This document shows positions 9,618-19,920 of a stretch of 45,765 nucleotides of DNA, in pieces. The first letter of the stretch is position 1. Every line of letters starts with the position of its first letter. Position numbers and translations under genes: made by a program. Where the stretch lies: positions 1 through 45,765 of the forward strand of contig CAYOYV010000014.1 in assembly GCA_964408285.1 (NCBI GenBank), given 5' to 3'. The notes below the pieces were generated by a model that saw nothing but the letters and a program-made list of their open reading frames with translations, was not told the DNA's origin and searched no databases. The DNA comes from an uncultured Nitrososphaerota archaeon (lineage in GTDB: Archaea > Thermoproteota > EX4484-205 > JAAOZO01).

Positions 9618-10337
9618 ATGGTCAACTATATCTCTCCAAACGCAAAGGTTCCATTCTCCCGTGTTGCTTTCGAAGGAGAGGCAGTTATATTGGGTAGCTC
9701 AACGATTGGAGAGCGAACTCGAATAGGCCTTAATGTACTGATTGGATATCCGTCTAGAGAGAAATGGAAGGGTCTGGTCTTTGGGATTGAGTTTGGGCCG
9801 GAGCAGATGGATCGCATCTCAGAGGGCGCACTCATAGGCGAGTCCTGTGTCCTGAGATCCAATACTATCATTTATGAAAGAGTCGTCATTGAATCAGCCG
9901 TATCCACTGGCCACAACGTAATGCTGAGGGAGAACACCACCATAGCGAAGAACAGTCTGATTGGAAGCGGCACTCTCATTGATGGTAACGTGGTCATTGG
10001 CGAAAACGCGAGCATTCAGTCTGGAGTGTATCTTCCGCCACTAACGACAATTCGAAATCGAGTATTCATCGGTCCAAACGCCGTTGTAACTAACGACAGG
10101 TATCCGCCGTCTTCAAAACTTGTTGGCGTTACCGTGGAAGATGACGCGGTCATAGGAGCAAATGCAACATTGCTGGCCGGCATTACGATCAGAGAAGGCG
10201 GGGTTGTTGCTGCGGGAGCAGTCGTGACGAGAGATGTTAGAGCTAACACTGTTGTTGCAGGCGTTCCCGCAAAAGAAGCGGGTACAAGAGACGATTATGA
10301 TAGGAAGAGGAAGGCATACCAGCAGTTGGGGATTTAG
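9618..10337 (+). CDS. hexapeptide-repeat (left-handed beta-helix) N-acetyltransferase, WbpD-like
   Basis: [LIV]G-xxxx repeats, VFIGPNAVVTNDRYP and AAGAVVTRDV...GVPA; start moved to the ATG after the TATA box. Confidence 0.85.
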   Translation: MVNYISPNAKVPFSRVAFEGEAVILGSSTIGERTRIGLNVLIGYPSREKWKGLVFGIEFGPEQMDRISEGALIGESCVLRSNTIIYERVVIESAVSTGHNVMLRENTTIAKNSLIGSGTLIDGNVVIGENASIQSGVYLPPLTTIRNRVFIGPNAVVTNDRYPPSSKLVGVTVEDDAVIGANATLLAGITIREGGVVAAGAVVTRDVRANTVVAGVPAKEAGTRDDYDRKRKAYQQLGI

Positions 10338-11596
10338 CTCAGATTCGTGGTTAGCCCCGAAGACGAAGCGCTAGTAACATTGGCTATCACGGTTTCACCA
10401 AGTTCTAGCCTCCTCGATGAGATAATCTTGACTGGCAGATAGTTGAGAGTCCTGCCAAAGTATCCTCCTGTGACTTCTTTCAAAATATTGAATTCAATTT
10501 CAGATCCGACCAAAGAGCAGTTCAATTTGGTTGAAACGGCCTTACACGTCATATGCGCGGCCCTAGCCCTTCTATCAATGACGGATGCGGGGACGAGGGG
10601 AAGCATTGAGGCCATTGTGTGTGGCCTAGCAGCGAACTTTGAAAGATTCACCTTGTTGGGACTTGTTTCAAGTATAAGGTTCATGGAGTTCTGAAAGGCC
10701 TCTTCAGTCTCACAAGGAAACCCTACGATCAAGTCCGTCGTTACATTCAAGTCATGAAAGGAGGCCCTACCAGTTTTGACCAAGTTCTTGAAATCTCTGG
10801 AGACATAGTCCCTATTCATGAGTTTTAGAATCTTGTCATCCCCGCTTTGAACGGGAAGGTGCAGAAAGCGGTAAAGTTTTTCGCTCTTGTTCATCAGAGC
10901 TAACAGCTCGTGAATGATAGGAATAGCTCTATTGGGCGTCATCATTCCTACCCTTATCCTAAAGTTTCCCTTAAGTTCCGATAGAGAGACAAGAAGATCG
11001 AGGAGATCTCCCTCGCGGTCTTTCCCATAGACAGCGCAGTCCTGTGCGGTTAGATACAGTTCGTGCGCTCCTTTCCTCAATATCGCTTCTGCTTTCGAAA
11101 CTACTTCTCCCTTTTCATAACTCCTCAGAGGGCCAACCGCACGTCTTACTATACAATAGGAACATGTTCCTAAGCAGCCTCTTGAGATCGGCAGTATCGC
11201 TCTACCTCCAATTGGCGTTGATGGGAGCTCAGGAAGTTTCTTCGACCATTCCGCTCGGCAATCTTTCTCGATGGTAAATTGTGTTACACCCCAAGATTTG
11301 AGTGACTCCAGAGGGATTATCTGATCCTTGTTCACAAAGTTCAGAAGAATGCCCGGCTGGGCTGTTGCCATGCAGCCTGTTATCAACAACCTTTTCCCTT
11401 TGGAGCGCCACCACGCTATCCTATGCAACATCCGCGTTTCCGTGACGCGCTTCACTGTGCATGTGTTTACTACCACGAGGTCTGCCTCACCCGATGAGCC
11501 GGCTTGGAAGAGGCCCTTTCCTTTGAGTTGCTCTTCCACGCCCCTACCCAAGGCTATGTTCTGCGCGCACCCATAGGACTCCACGAAGAATTTCAT
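10334..11596 (-). CDS. mtaB: tRNA t6A37 methylthiotransferase (archaeal/eukaryotic MtaB, CDKAL1-like)
   Basis: YGC..N, NTCTVK, GCM (UPF0004); radical SAM CxxxCxxC; RVGMM; HLPVQSG; C-terminal TRAM domain. Confidence 0.9.
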   Translation of the reverse strand: MKFFVESYGCAQNIALGRGVEEQLKGKGLFQAGSSGEADLVVVNTCTVKRVTETRMLHRIAWWRSKGKRLLITGCMATAQPGILLNFVNKDQIIPLESLKSWGVTQFTIEKDCRAEWSKKLPELPSTPIGGRAILPISRGCLGTCSYCIVRRAVGPLRSYEKGEVVSKAEAILRKGAHELYLTAQDCAVYGKDREGDLLDLLVSLSELKGNFRIRVGMMTPNRAIPIIHELLALMNKSEKLYRFLHLPVQSGDDKILKLMNRDYVSRDFKNLVKTGRASFHDLNVTTDLIVGFPCETEEAFQNSMNLILETSPNKVNLSKFAARPHTMASMLPLVPASVIDRRARAAHMTCKAVSTKLNCSLVGSEIEFNILKEVTGGYFGRTLNYLPVKIISSRRLELGETVIANVTSASSSGLTTNLS

Positions 11597-13266
11597 GTAT
11601 TTGCGGCCGCGAGTCTGTTCAGTTGTTCTTCTATCTTGCCTTTCTCAATCTTCTCGAATGGTAGCACCGTTTTATCGATTCTGTGACCGGGTTTTATAAC
11701 GAAGTCCTTGGCCGATTCAAATGAGCCACTTTCCAGGTCCTCATCGAGATTCAGGACGCCCCACAGTCTTTTGGAGGAGAATGGGGTGAACGGATATAGG
11801 AGGATGAGAAGGGTCCTCAAAGCATTGACCTCGGCATATACGACCTTGCTTGCCGCCTCCTTGTTCTTCCATGGCTCATTCGATTGGAAGTATTGATTCA
11901 GAGTGTGAGCAACGTTCACTATCCCCTTAAGCGCTTCCGAGTACTCGCCCTTTTCGATCAGCTGTTCATAGTTGTCCACTGCCTTGCCGATTTTTGTCAC
12001 CAATGCGTCTTCAGGCGCCCCCCAGCCTTTCGCTTCAGGTACTTGTGAGGAGTAGTTGTCTTCTATGAATTTCGTAACCCTGAAGAAAAGATTCCCCGCC
12101 GACGCAATCAGCTCATTGTTGATTCTGTCCGCAAATTGGTTCCAGTCGAAATTTATATCAGATTGATTGTATGACGTTATTGACGAAAGGTAGAACCTGA
12201 GATAATCCGCGGGAAAGGCGGCTAGGAAATCTCTTAGGCTTATGTACCACCCCCTGCTCTTTGAGAATTTCTTCGCTTGAAGTAGAAGGTGCCCCCTAGT
12301 CGGTATTTGATCAGGTAATTTGTACCTTCCATCTGCAATTCTTTCAGCCGGCAGAAACAGGTAATGGTGGTATACTATATCTTTTCCAATGAAGTGGATT
12401 ATCTCCGATTGGTTCCAATAATCTAGGGGATTGGATATTCCTTTTGTCCTCAAGTAAGAGGAAGTTATGGAAATATATCCGAGGTGATTCTCAAACCACC
12501 CATACAAGGTTTGAGCGCCTCCAGTTCCTGGAATCTGGATGCCCCAGCTTATGTCTCGAGTTATGTCCCAATCCTGTAAACCCTCTTTCAACCAGTCGAA
12601 CACGTAGTTTTTCACATCAGATTGTAGTCTTTGATTTCCCTCTAACCATTCTTTCAGCGACTTTCCAAGCTTGGAAAGTGCAAAGACATAATGATGAGAT
12701 GGCTTCAGCACGGCCTGAGTTCCACAGACCGAACAGCGTGCTTCTTTGAGATCCCCCGGCTTTAAGAATCTCCCGCAGCTTTCACACACATCAGCATATT
12801 GCTCCTGCGCACCACAGTGAGGACATGTCCCCTTGACATACCTGTCTGGGAGAGACCTATTGTCCTTCTCGCAATAGTATTGAATTACATTTTGTTCATA
12901 TATGAACCCCTTTTCCCGTAATCTAACGAAAAACTCAGTCGCAAGTTCCGTATTCTCTTTAGTGTCCGTTCCCGTGAAGACGTCGAACGATATCCCCAAT
13001 CCCTTCAAGTCCTCTACCCATCTTTTCCTCCAATAATCGACGTATTCCTTTGGGTTTTTGCCTTCGGCTTCAGCGCTTATCTGAATTGGCGTACCGTGAT
13101 CATCGGTTCCGCAGGAGTAAACCGTCTCGTACCCTTTTTGTCTACTGAACCTAGCCAATATGTCGGCTGGAAGATAAGTCGACGTGGCGTGCCCTAAGTG
13201 TGGTTCTCCGTTCGCATAAGGTAGGGCAGCAGTTATGATTCTCCTTTTTCCTGAAGTGCTGTCCAG
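11593..13266 (-). CDS. metG: methionine--tRNA ligase (probable CTG start; no C-terminal tRNA-binding appendix)
   Basis: Frame stays open 36 codons upstream of the listed ORF and encodes ITAALPYANGEPHLGH; GTDDHG, zinc knuckles, FIGKDI and KFSKS motifs. Confidence 0.93.
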   Translation of the reverse strand: MDSTSGKRRIITAALPYANGEPHLGHATSTYLPADILARFSRQKGYETVYSCGTDDHGTPIQISAEAEGKNPKEYVDYWRKRWVEDLKGLGISFDVFTGTDTKENTELATEFFVRLREKGFIYEQNVIQYYCEKDNRSLPDRYVKGTCPHCGAQEQYADVCESCGRFLKPGDLKEARCSVCGTQAVLKPSHHYVFALSKLGKSLKEWLEGNQRLQSDVKNYVFDWLKEGLQDWDITRDISWGIQIPGTGGAQTLYGWFENHLGYISITSSYLRTKGISNPLDYWNQSEIIHFIGKDIVYHHYLFLPAERIADGRYKLPDQIPTRGHLLLQAKKFSKSRGWYISLRDFLAAFPADYLRFYLSSITSYNQSDINFDWNQFADRINNELIASAGNLFFRVTKFIEDNYSSQVPEAKGWGAPEDALVTKIGKAVDNYEQLIEKGEYSEALKGIVNVAHTLNQYFQSNEPWKNKEAASKVVYAEVNALRTLLILLYPFTPFSSKRLWGVLNLDEDLESGSFESAKDFVIKPGHRIDKTVLPFEKIEKGKIEEQLNRLAAANT

Positions 13267-13274
13267 TTAGAAAA

Positions 13275-13310
13275 TCACCTGCCTAGAGGACGATGGAGGG
13301 GTTCTATAAA
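13275..13310 (-). promoter_or_regulatory. TATA box and Shine-Dalgarno-like site of metG
   Basis: Minus strand TTTATAGA (13310-13303) and AGGTGA (13280-13275), the latter 8 nt before CTG 13266. Confidence 0.55.
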
Positions 13311-13312
13311 TC

Positions 13313-14548
13313 TTAGACTTTCCAGGACTTCAGGTAGTCCTCCTGTTCCTTGCTTAACTTATCTATCTGGATCTCCATGGACGCCAATTTCAATGAGGCC
13401 ACCTTATCGTCTATCTCTTGTGGTACCTGCATCAATTCAACCTTCTGGGGTCTATTCTTGACTATGAATTTGGCACACAGAGCTTGGTTCGAGAAACTCA
13501 TGTCCATCACGTCGGGCGGATGTCCCTCTGCACATACTAAGTTCACTAACCGCCCATGGGCAAGAAGAATGACTTTCCTCCCGTTTGGCAACGACAGTTC
13601 CTCTACCTCTTGTTTGATTTCCCTTATCGAGGTCGCCAATGCATAGAGCCCTTTCACATCGACCTCCACATCAAAATGCCCACTGTTAGCTAAAATCGCT
13701 CCACCCTTCATTCTTAGTATGTTCTCTGGTGTTATGACTTTCTTGTTGCCAGTGGCAGTAATGAAAAGGTCCCCGATTTCTGCTGCTTTTTGAATTTGCA
13801 TGACATTGTATCCTTCCATTGTGGCCTCAAGCGCACGAAGGGGAGAGACTTCCGTGATGATCACTCTCCCGCCTAAGCCTCTCGCTCGCATTGCTATACC
13901 ACGGCCTACTAGGCCATATCCGCAGATCACGATATTCTTGCCGGCTATCATGAGTGAGGTAGCCCGGATTATGCCGTCTATTGTTGATTGGCCAGTTCCA
14001 TACCTGTTGTCGAATAAGTTCTTCGTGCGCGCTTCATTTACGGCAATTACTGGAAATCTCAATCTCGCCTCTGCTTCTAGGGCTTTTACTCTTACGACTC
14101 CAGTTGTCGTTTCTTCAAGCGCACCGAATACCGTCCGTCTATCTGCGAGGCCATTCACATGCGCCCTTACTATGGAATCGGCACCATCGTCTATTATGAT
14201 GTTTGGGTCGTGAGAATGCGCCCAATCTAATGCTTCGAGGTATTCCCTTTCGCCCATGCCTCTCCAAGCCCTGACTGGAACGCCGCTGGATTCAAGCGCA
14301 ACCGCTACATCATTGTCAGTTGATAGAGGATTCGAAGGCGTAAGGAACACGTCCGCCCCTCCCATAATCAGTGTCTCAATCAGAACAGCCGTTTCCTTTG
14401 TCACGTGAAGCGTTGCTGATATTCTCTTGCCGGACAATGGCTTCTGCTCTAAGAATTCTGTCCTTATGCTCGACAAGACAGGCATGAATCTTGACGCCCA
14501 TTCTATTTTCGATCTCCCTGTTTCTGGCTTACCCCTTGAAGGAATCAT
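13313..14548 (-). CDS. ahcY: adenosylhomocysteinase
   Basis: LHVTKETA, SNPLST, DDGAD, EETTTG, FDNRYGTGQS, GHFDVE and GHP..VMDMSF motifs. Confidence 0.96.
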   Translation of the reverse strand: MIPSRGKPETGRSKIEWASRFMPVLSSIRTEFLEQKPLSGKRISATLHVTKETAVLIETLIMGGADVFLTPSNPLSTDNDVAVALESSGVPVRAWRGMGEREYLEALDWAHSHDPNIIIDDGADSIVRAHVNGLADRRTVFGALEETTTGVVRVKALEAEARLRFPVIAVNEARTKNLFDNRYGTGQSTIDGIIRATSLMIAGKNIVICGYGLVGRGIAMRARGLGGRVIITEVSPLRALEATMEGYNVMQIQKAAEIGDLFITATGNKKVITPENILRMKGGAILANSGHFDVEVDVKGLYALATSIREIKQEVEELSLPNGRKVILLAHGRLVNLVCAEGHPPDVMDMSFSNQALCAKFIVKNRPQKVELMQVPQEIDDKVASLKLASMEIQIDKLSKEQEDYLKSWKV

Positions 14549-14676
14549 CGCTTCAATTTATGACCTGCTTACCGACTTATTAATGCGAGCCCGGGAGGAG
14601 AGAAAAAATAACAAACCGGAAGCGCAATAGGATAGCATTATATCGGAGAGCAATGACGTTAGGTGACAGAAGGAAA

Positions 14677-15087
14677 ATGAAACCCTCGGCCTATGAAGAA
14701 ATGCTTGACAGAGCCTTATCGAAAACCTCCTTGAGGAAGGCTCAGAGCAGGCTAGAGATTCCCCCAGTAGTTTCGAATACGGAAGGCATGAAAACGATCA
14801 TAAGCAATCTTGACAAGATCTCGCAGGTGTTAATGCGGGACCAGAAACATGTCCTGAAGTACATTGTAAAGAGGCTTGCGACATCCGGTTTTCCGGTCGG
14901 GGACAAGATGCTCCTGAAGGGGAAATTCCAACGCAACCAATTGAATTCAATAGTCAGCGAGTACATGGACGAATACGTCGTCTGCCCAGTCTGCAAGAGA
15001 CCGGATACCTCTCTAGTGAAGGAGAAGGGCATAAGTTATCTACTTTGCTCGTCATGTGGAGCTAGGGAATCAGTAAGGAAGATATGA
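14677..15087 (+). CDS. eif2b: translation initiation factor aIF2 beta subunit
   Basis: YEEMLDRA, EYVVCPVCKRPDT and C..CGA zinc ribbon; AGGTGA SD at 14661-14666 favours ATG 14677 over 14653. Confidence 0.9.
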   Translation: MKPSAYEEMLDRALSKTSLRKAQSRLEIPPVVSNTEGMKTIISNLDKISQVLMRDQKHVLKYIVKRLATSGFPVGDKMLLKGKFQRNQLNSIVSEYMDEYVVCPVCKRPDTSLVKEKGISYLLCSSCGARESVRKI

Positions 15088-15088
15088 G

Positions 15089-15400
15089 TTGGCCAGCGAT
15101 TTCAGCTTAGTTTCGAAGATTCATACGGTCGGGGAAACGGTAGTTGTTGCTATTTGCGATCCAGAATTAGTAAACAGGACATTGACGGGCCCTCGTGGCA
15201 TCAAGATCGTCGCCAAGGAGGAATTCTACGGCAATCAAACAATTCCGTGCGATGAGCTGATGCAATGGCTCAAGAAAGCCACCAGCATAAATGCCATCGG
15301 AAGCAAAAGCGTTGAGTTCCTCGTAAATAACGGTTACGGATCGCAAAGAAGTGTTATTATGATGGGGGATGTTCCTCATTTGATCTTTATGAAGTCTTAG
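15089..15400 (+). CDS. DUF424 family protein
   Basis: VVAICDPEL..., EEFYG, N.IG and GDVPH motifs; usual neighbour of aIF2 beta. Confidence 0.85.
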   Translation: MASDFSLVSKIHTVGETVVVAICDPELVNRTLTGPRGIKIVAKEEFYGNQTIPCDELMQWLKKATSINAIGSKSVEFLVNNGYGSQRSVIMMGDVPHLIFMKS

Positions 15401-15544
15401 AAAACTCGCTATGCAAATTGCCACCAACAATATCACCAAAAGCAATGTCGCTCAGCCCTTCAGCAGAAACTGAGCTCAATAAAGGGTGTTTTATACCAAA
15501 AGCTTATTTTTGAGTGCACTCGCTCTTTAGAACGTAGAATCAGA

Positions 15545-15886
15545 TTGGGGAAGAGGAAGGTGTTCACCGAAGAGGAGATTTCTAAGACGTTAGTGACCCC
15601 GGGTCAAAATCAGTTAATCGGAAAGGTAATAGCGCTCCTTGGTTCGGGTTGGGCCGTCGTCCTGTGTCAGGATGAAAAGACGAGAAGATGCAGGGTCAGG
15701 GGGAAGCTAAGGAGAAGAATCTGGGTTAAAATAAATGACATAGTGCTACTTGAGCCTTGGCAATTCCAAGACGACCATGGGGATATACTTTTCAGGTACA
15801 CTGGCGGACAGGTCGAATACCTGCTATCAAAGGAAATAGTTCCGGCTAGCTTTGCTTCGATTATAGCAACAGGGGGACCAGCTTAG
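15545..15886 (+). CDS. eif1a: translation initiation factor aIF1A
   Basis: LLG.G...V.C.D...R.CR.RGKLRRRIW.K..D.VL..PW.FQ...GDI..RY. Confidence 0.93.
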   Translation: MGKRKVFTEEEISKTLVTPGQNQLIGKVIALLGSGWAVVLCQDEKTRRCRVRGKLRRRIWVKINDIVLLEPWQFQDDHGDILFRYTGGQVEYLLSKEIVPASFASIIATGGPA

Positions 15887-15892
15887 CAACAA

Positions 15893-16669
15893 ATGAGAAG
15901 AAAGGTTCTAGATAAGTTCGCTCTCGAAAACGCCAAGAGAGAAAGAGAAAGAAGAATTAGGATAAAGAGAACTGAAGAATACGACTATCTAGAGGGAGTA
16001 TTCGACAAACCAACGCTCCTATGTATATACAAGCTCTTAAACGACAGGATTATTTCCGAGTTTGATGGATCAATAAGCACGGGCAAGGAGTCTCAGGTCT
16101 ATTATGCCGTGGCCCCGCACAACGAGGAACGTGCCATAAAGATCTTCAACACGGGGAATCTCGAATTCCGCAAATCCATATCCCGTTACATAGTCGGGGA
16201 TCCGAGGTTCGCGAAAATAAGGAGAACCAGTGCTGGGCTGATAGGCACATGGGCTCTCAAGGAATATACCAATCTCAAGACACTAGCCGAAGCGGGACTT
16301 AATGTCCCCAGACCCATAGTTGTGCGAAGGAATGTCCTTGTGATGCAATTCATAGGAAGAAACGGCTTGAGAGCTCCACTGCTCAAAGAGACTTCGCTAC
16401 AAGACCCAAAGAAGATCTACGCTGAATTGGTTGACTTCATTGTAAAGGCGTATCTCAAGGGAGGGATAATCCATGGCGATCTCAGCGAGTACAATGTCAT
16501 GATCATGGATGGAAGTGCGTGTGTTTTTGATGTGTCACAAGCGATATCCATAAGGCACCCCATCGCCGCTGAGCTTTTGGAAAGAGACATAGAACGAGTG
16601 AATGAGTATTTCTCTAAAATCGGAGTTAAAGTTTTTAGCAGCGAACAGATAAAGGCGGAGCTAAAATAG
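15893..16669 (+). CDS. rio1: RIO1 family serine/threonine kinase
   Basis: ISTGKESQVY, YIVGDPRF, W..KE..NL, HGDLSEYN and DVSQA motifs. Confidence 0.93.
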   Translation: MRRKVLDKFALENAKRERERRIRIKRTEEYDYLEGVFDKPTLLCIYKLLNDRIISEFDGSISTGKESQVYYAVAPHNEERAIKIFNTGNLEFRKSISRYIVGDPRFAKIRRTSAGLIGTWALKEYTNLKTLAEAGLNVPRPIVVRRNVLVMQFIGRNGLRAPLLKETSLQDPKKIYAELVDFIVKAYLKGGIIHGDLSEYNVMIMDGSACVFDVSQAISIRHPIAAELLERDIERVNEYFSKIGVKVFSSEQIKAELK

Positions 16670-16670
16670 A

Positions 16671-17231
16671 ATGGCCTACCACGCGTGGTTCTTCAAGATC
16701 CCCCCCGAAAGAGTTGGGGCCTTACTTGGAAAGAATGGTAGGATCAAGGCCCTTCTTGAGAGAAGATTCGGAGTGAATTTCGAGGTCGACGGAGAAACCG
16801 GGGGCATTTCAATTAGATACCCCCCTCAAGCTGCAGAGAACTACTTCCTCTTGAAAAAGATCATGGATTGCGTCTCGACTGGGTTTTCTGATGAGCATAT
16901 ACGTGAAATGATGGAAAGGGACTACGCACTGGCTGTCGTGGACTTGGAAGAATACACCAACAGCAACACACACCTTTCCAGAGTCAAGAGTAGGATAATA
17001 GGGCAGGGGGGCAGAGCAAAATTGAAAATAGAGAACTATTCGAGGTGTACGTTGTCTATCTACGGAAATCTTGTCGGTATATTAGGACCTGAAGAGAACA
17101 TAGAAATGGCGAGAGAGGCGGTGATCAAGCTTGCTAAAGGGTTTGAGCACCAGACGGTGTACAGATTTATGGAATCGAGGCTAAGGAGGATTAAGGCGGA
17201 ACTCAAACTCTGGAAGGAGGGAGAAGCCTGA
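16671..17231 (+). CDS. KH-domain pre-rRNA processing protein (Dim2/Pno1-like)
   Basis: Two GxxG KH loops (IP.ERVGALLGKNG; RIIGQGG); conserved aIF1A-RIO1-KH-top6 context. Confidence 0.88.
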   Translation: MAYHAWFFKIPPERVGALLGKNGRIKALLERRFGVNFEVDGETGGISIRYPPQAAENYFLLKKIMDCVSTGFSDEHIREMMERDYALAVVDLEEYTNSNTHLSRVKSRIIGQGGRAKLKIENYSRCTLSIYGNLVGILGPEENIEMAREAVIKLAKGFEHQTVYRFMESRLRRIKAELKLWKEGEA

Positions 17232-18769
17232 TGGAGACACGGGTTTCTGATTTCAAGGAAATAAGCCCTGCAGATTTCTTCTACAGGAACAGGGACATAG
17301 CTGGTTTCTCGAACCCTGTCCGCTCGACATACATGGCAATAAGGGAATTGATAGAGAATTCGCTTGATGCCTGCGAAGAAGCGGGAATACTCCCTGACAT
17401 TTATGTCAAGGTAAAAATCACAAAGAGGGAAAATGAGAGAGAAACCATTGAGCTTTCCGTCTCCGACAATGGCAAGGGAATCCCTCCAGAAATAGTACCT
17501 AACGCCTTTGGCCAAGTTCTTTTTGGATCAAAGTACATATTGAAACAGAGCAGGGGGACGTTCGGGCTTGGTGGAAAGATGGCATATCTATACGGACAAA
17601 TAACTACTAACGAGGCACTAAGGGTAGTCACAGGAAACGGAAGAACCGCACATGAATTCAAGTTGATGATTGATATCGGCAAGAACGAGCCGATTGTTGT
17701 GTCAAGAAAACGAACCAGGCCAGGAAGAAAATGGCGAGGAACAGGAGTAACGTTCTCATTGGAAGGCAATTACATCAGAGCCGCACCTAAGATAATAGAA
17801 TATGTTTCCGAAACTGCAATGGTCGCACCCTATGCTAACATAACCTTCGTTGATCCTGACAATAAAATGTATAGGTTCGCTCGCACGACACCCAAGATGC
17901 CTCGCCCGCCTAAAGAAACACTACCACATCCGAAGGGCGTAGATGTCGAGACGCTTCAGAGGATCATAGCAACAACGCGCCGAAGGGATTTGACAACCTT
18001 CCTCTCCGCGGAGTTCGAGAGAGTGGGTAAACAAACAGCAACGAAATTCACCAAACTCTTCAATCTCAAGAACAAGGATCCCAAGACACTAACACATGAA
18101 GAGCAGGTACGATTGACTAAGTATCTTCTGTCATATGATGCGTTCCTGCCGCCTGATCCGTCGTCCCTTTCACCTCTCGGCAAGGAGCTTTTTCAGGAGG
18201 GCATAACGAAGGAATTGAATCCCGAGTTCGTCTCCGTGGAGTCAAGAAGGCCCTCGTCCTATTCCGGTCATCCATTCATCGTTGAGGTCGGAATTGCCTA
18301 TGGTGGAGCCATAGTCCCAGAGGGGAAGATGAGATTGTATAGATTCGCTAACAGGATACCCCTGCTATATGATGAGTATTCAGACGTCTCATGGAAGATA
18401 GCCAGCACTGAGATCAATTGGAGGAGATATGGGTTGGCTCCCGAGAGCGACCCCCTCGCCCTTTTTGTGCACATTTGCTCGACAAAAGTGCCGTATAAGA
18501 CAGTTGGCAAGGAGTATATTGCTGATAGACCGGAGATTGAGCATGAGGTAATAAACGGAATTAGGAACGTTGCTAGGGATCTTGCTATCTACCTTTCAAG
18601 AAGACAAAGGATGACTTATGAGAAGAAAAGGATAGATCTCTTTGAGAAATACCTGCCGATAATCGCCAGATATGCTAGTAGGGTCGCCAAAGTCAAGGAA
18701 GCTCCGAGCGTTGAGAACCTAGTGAAAAAAGCAAAAAAGCTACCCTTGTTTGCTGAAGAAACGGCATAG
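17231..18769 (+). CDS. top6B: DNA topoisomerase VI subunit B
   Basis: ISPADFFYRN, ELIENSLDA, DNGKGI, QSRGTFGLG, PHPKG and RFANRIPL motifs. Confidence 0.96.
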   Translation: METRVSDFKEISPADFFYRNRDIAGFSNPVRSTYMAIRELIENSLDACEEAGILPDIYVKVKITKRENERETIELSVSDNGKGIPPEIVPNAFGQVLFGSKYILKQSRGTFGLGGKMAYLYGQITTNEALRVVTGNGRTAHEFKLMIDIGKNEPIVVSRKRTRPGRKWRGTGVTFSLEGNYIRAAPKIIEYVSETAMVAPYANITFVDPDNKMYRFARTTPKMPRPPKETLPHPKGVDVETLQRIIATTRRRDLTTFLSAEFERVGKQTATKFTKLFNLKNKDPKTLTHEEQVRLTKYLLSYDAFLPPDPSSLSPLGKELFQEGITKELNPEFVSVESRRPSSYSGHPFIVEVGIAYGGAIVPEGKMRLYRFANRIPLLYDEYSDVSWKIASTEINWRRYGLAPESDPLALFVHICSTKVPYKTVGKEYIADRPEIEHEVINGIRNVARDLAIYLSRRQRMTYEKKRIDLFEKYLPIIARYASRVAKVKEAPSVENLVKKAKKLPLFAEETA

Positions 18770-18770
18770 A

Positions 18771-19877
18771 TTGGTTGGTAAGAAGAAAGGAGTAAGAGCT
18801 ATAATAGAGGCGGCAACCAAGGAAAAGGCCCTAGGCACCATGCGCGAGCTAGCAACGGGCCTGATATCGGACATTAGAAAAGACAGCTTTCCAAGGATAG
18901 CGATGCCTTCTCGCACCACCGACAACATAATATTCGATGAGAAGACAGGAAGATACAAACTGGGAAATAAAACTGTAACCAGAAGTGCTAGCAACATACG
19001 GCACCTAAAGCCACTTACTCAAATGGCTTGGCTGTTGAGCGTATCAACTGATCTGATCGAGACCCAGAAGACTTCAACGTTGAGGGATGTCTTCTATATG
19101 GCGGAGGGATCAGAGGGCATATCCTTCGAAGATCAGGCGGAATCGGACAGAATAATAACGGATGTGGAATCAGTCCTTTCATGCTCAAGGGAGGATTTTA
19201 ACGTCTATCCAGAGGAAAGAAGCGCAATATTTGGGGATCTGGATATAGAATATACGGTAAAGGGATACGAGGGAAAGAAGCTGAATCTGACCATACATCC
19301 TGACGGCGTAATGATAGGACCTGCTCTGGCAACGGCCGAGTTACTGGACACAAGCGCGGACAAAGTGATAGCGATAGAGAAGGGCGCGATGTTCTCAAGA
19401 TTTGTTGAAGAGAGGGCGTGGAAGAGATTTCATGCGATCTTGATACATACGGCCGGCCAAGCTCCAAGATCAACTAGGAGACTGATAAGGAGACTCAGCG
19501 TCAATCTGAGGCTACCCGTATATCTCTTTGCTGATGCGGATCCGTGGGGATTGCATATTTGTCAGGTGATAATGTCCGGCTCGGCGAACGCTGCGCACAT
19601 AGCTGATCTTGTCACGCCGAACGCGAAATGGGCTGGCGTTTATGCTACAGACATAACTAAGTATGATTTACCCAGCACCAAGCTAAATGACATGGACATA
19701 AGGCGCTTAAACGAGATTAGTAAGGACATACGATACCAAAGGGGAAGATGGAAAAAGGAGATAGGGCACTTCTTTGAAACTAAGCGAAAGGCCGAACAGG
19801 AGGCATTCAGCAAATATGGCCTCAGTTTCATAGTCGATAAATATCTGAAGACTAGGCTTGATGAGTTGGGCGCCTGA
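18771..19877 (+). CDS. top6A: DNA topoisomerase VI subunit A
   Basis: STLRDVFY (catalytic Tyr), F.DQ.ES, IEK, D.DPWG.HI and KAEQEA; start uncertain (18750 or TTG 18771). Confidence 0.95.
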   Translation: MVGKKKGVRAIIEAATKEKALGTMRELATGLISDIRKDSFPRIAMPSRTTDNIIFDEKTGRYKLGNKTVTRSASNIRHLKPLTQMAWLLSVSTDLIETQKTSTLRDVFYMAEGSEGISFEDQAESDRIITDVESVLSCSREDFNVYPEERSAIFGDLDIEYTVKGYEGKKLNLTIHPDGVMIGPALATAELLDTSADKVIAIEKGAMFSRFVEERAWKRFHAILIHTAGQAPRSTRRLIRRLSVNLRLPVYLFADADPWGLHICQVIMSGSANAAHIADLVTPNAKWAGVYATDITKYDLPSTKLNDMDIRRLNEISKDIRYQRGRWKKEIGHFFETKRKAEQEAFSKYGLSFIVDKYLKTRLDELGA

Positions 19878-19879
19878 TA

Positions 19880-19891
19880 AGAACGTTTTTA
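19880..19891 (+). promoter_or_regulatory. BRE-TATA element (identical 12-mer at 33689-33700)
   Basis: AGAACGTTTTTA ends 30 nt before ATG 19921; the same 12-mer ends 28 nt before ATG 33728. Confidence 0.55.
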
Positions 19892-19920
19892 AGCGCTGTG
19901 CCTCTGCACCGCCCACGAGC

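Noticed and set aside
11593-13158. Listed metG start at 13158
   Set aside because: It would omit the essential HIGH motif encoded in frame upstream.
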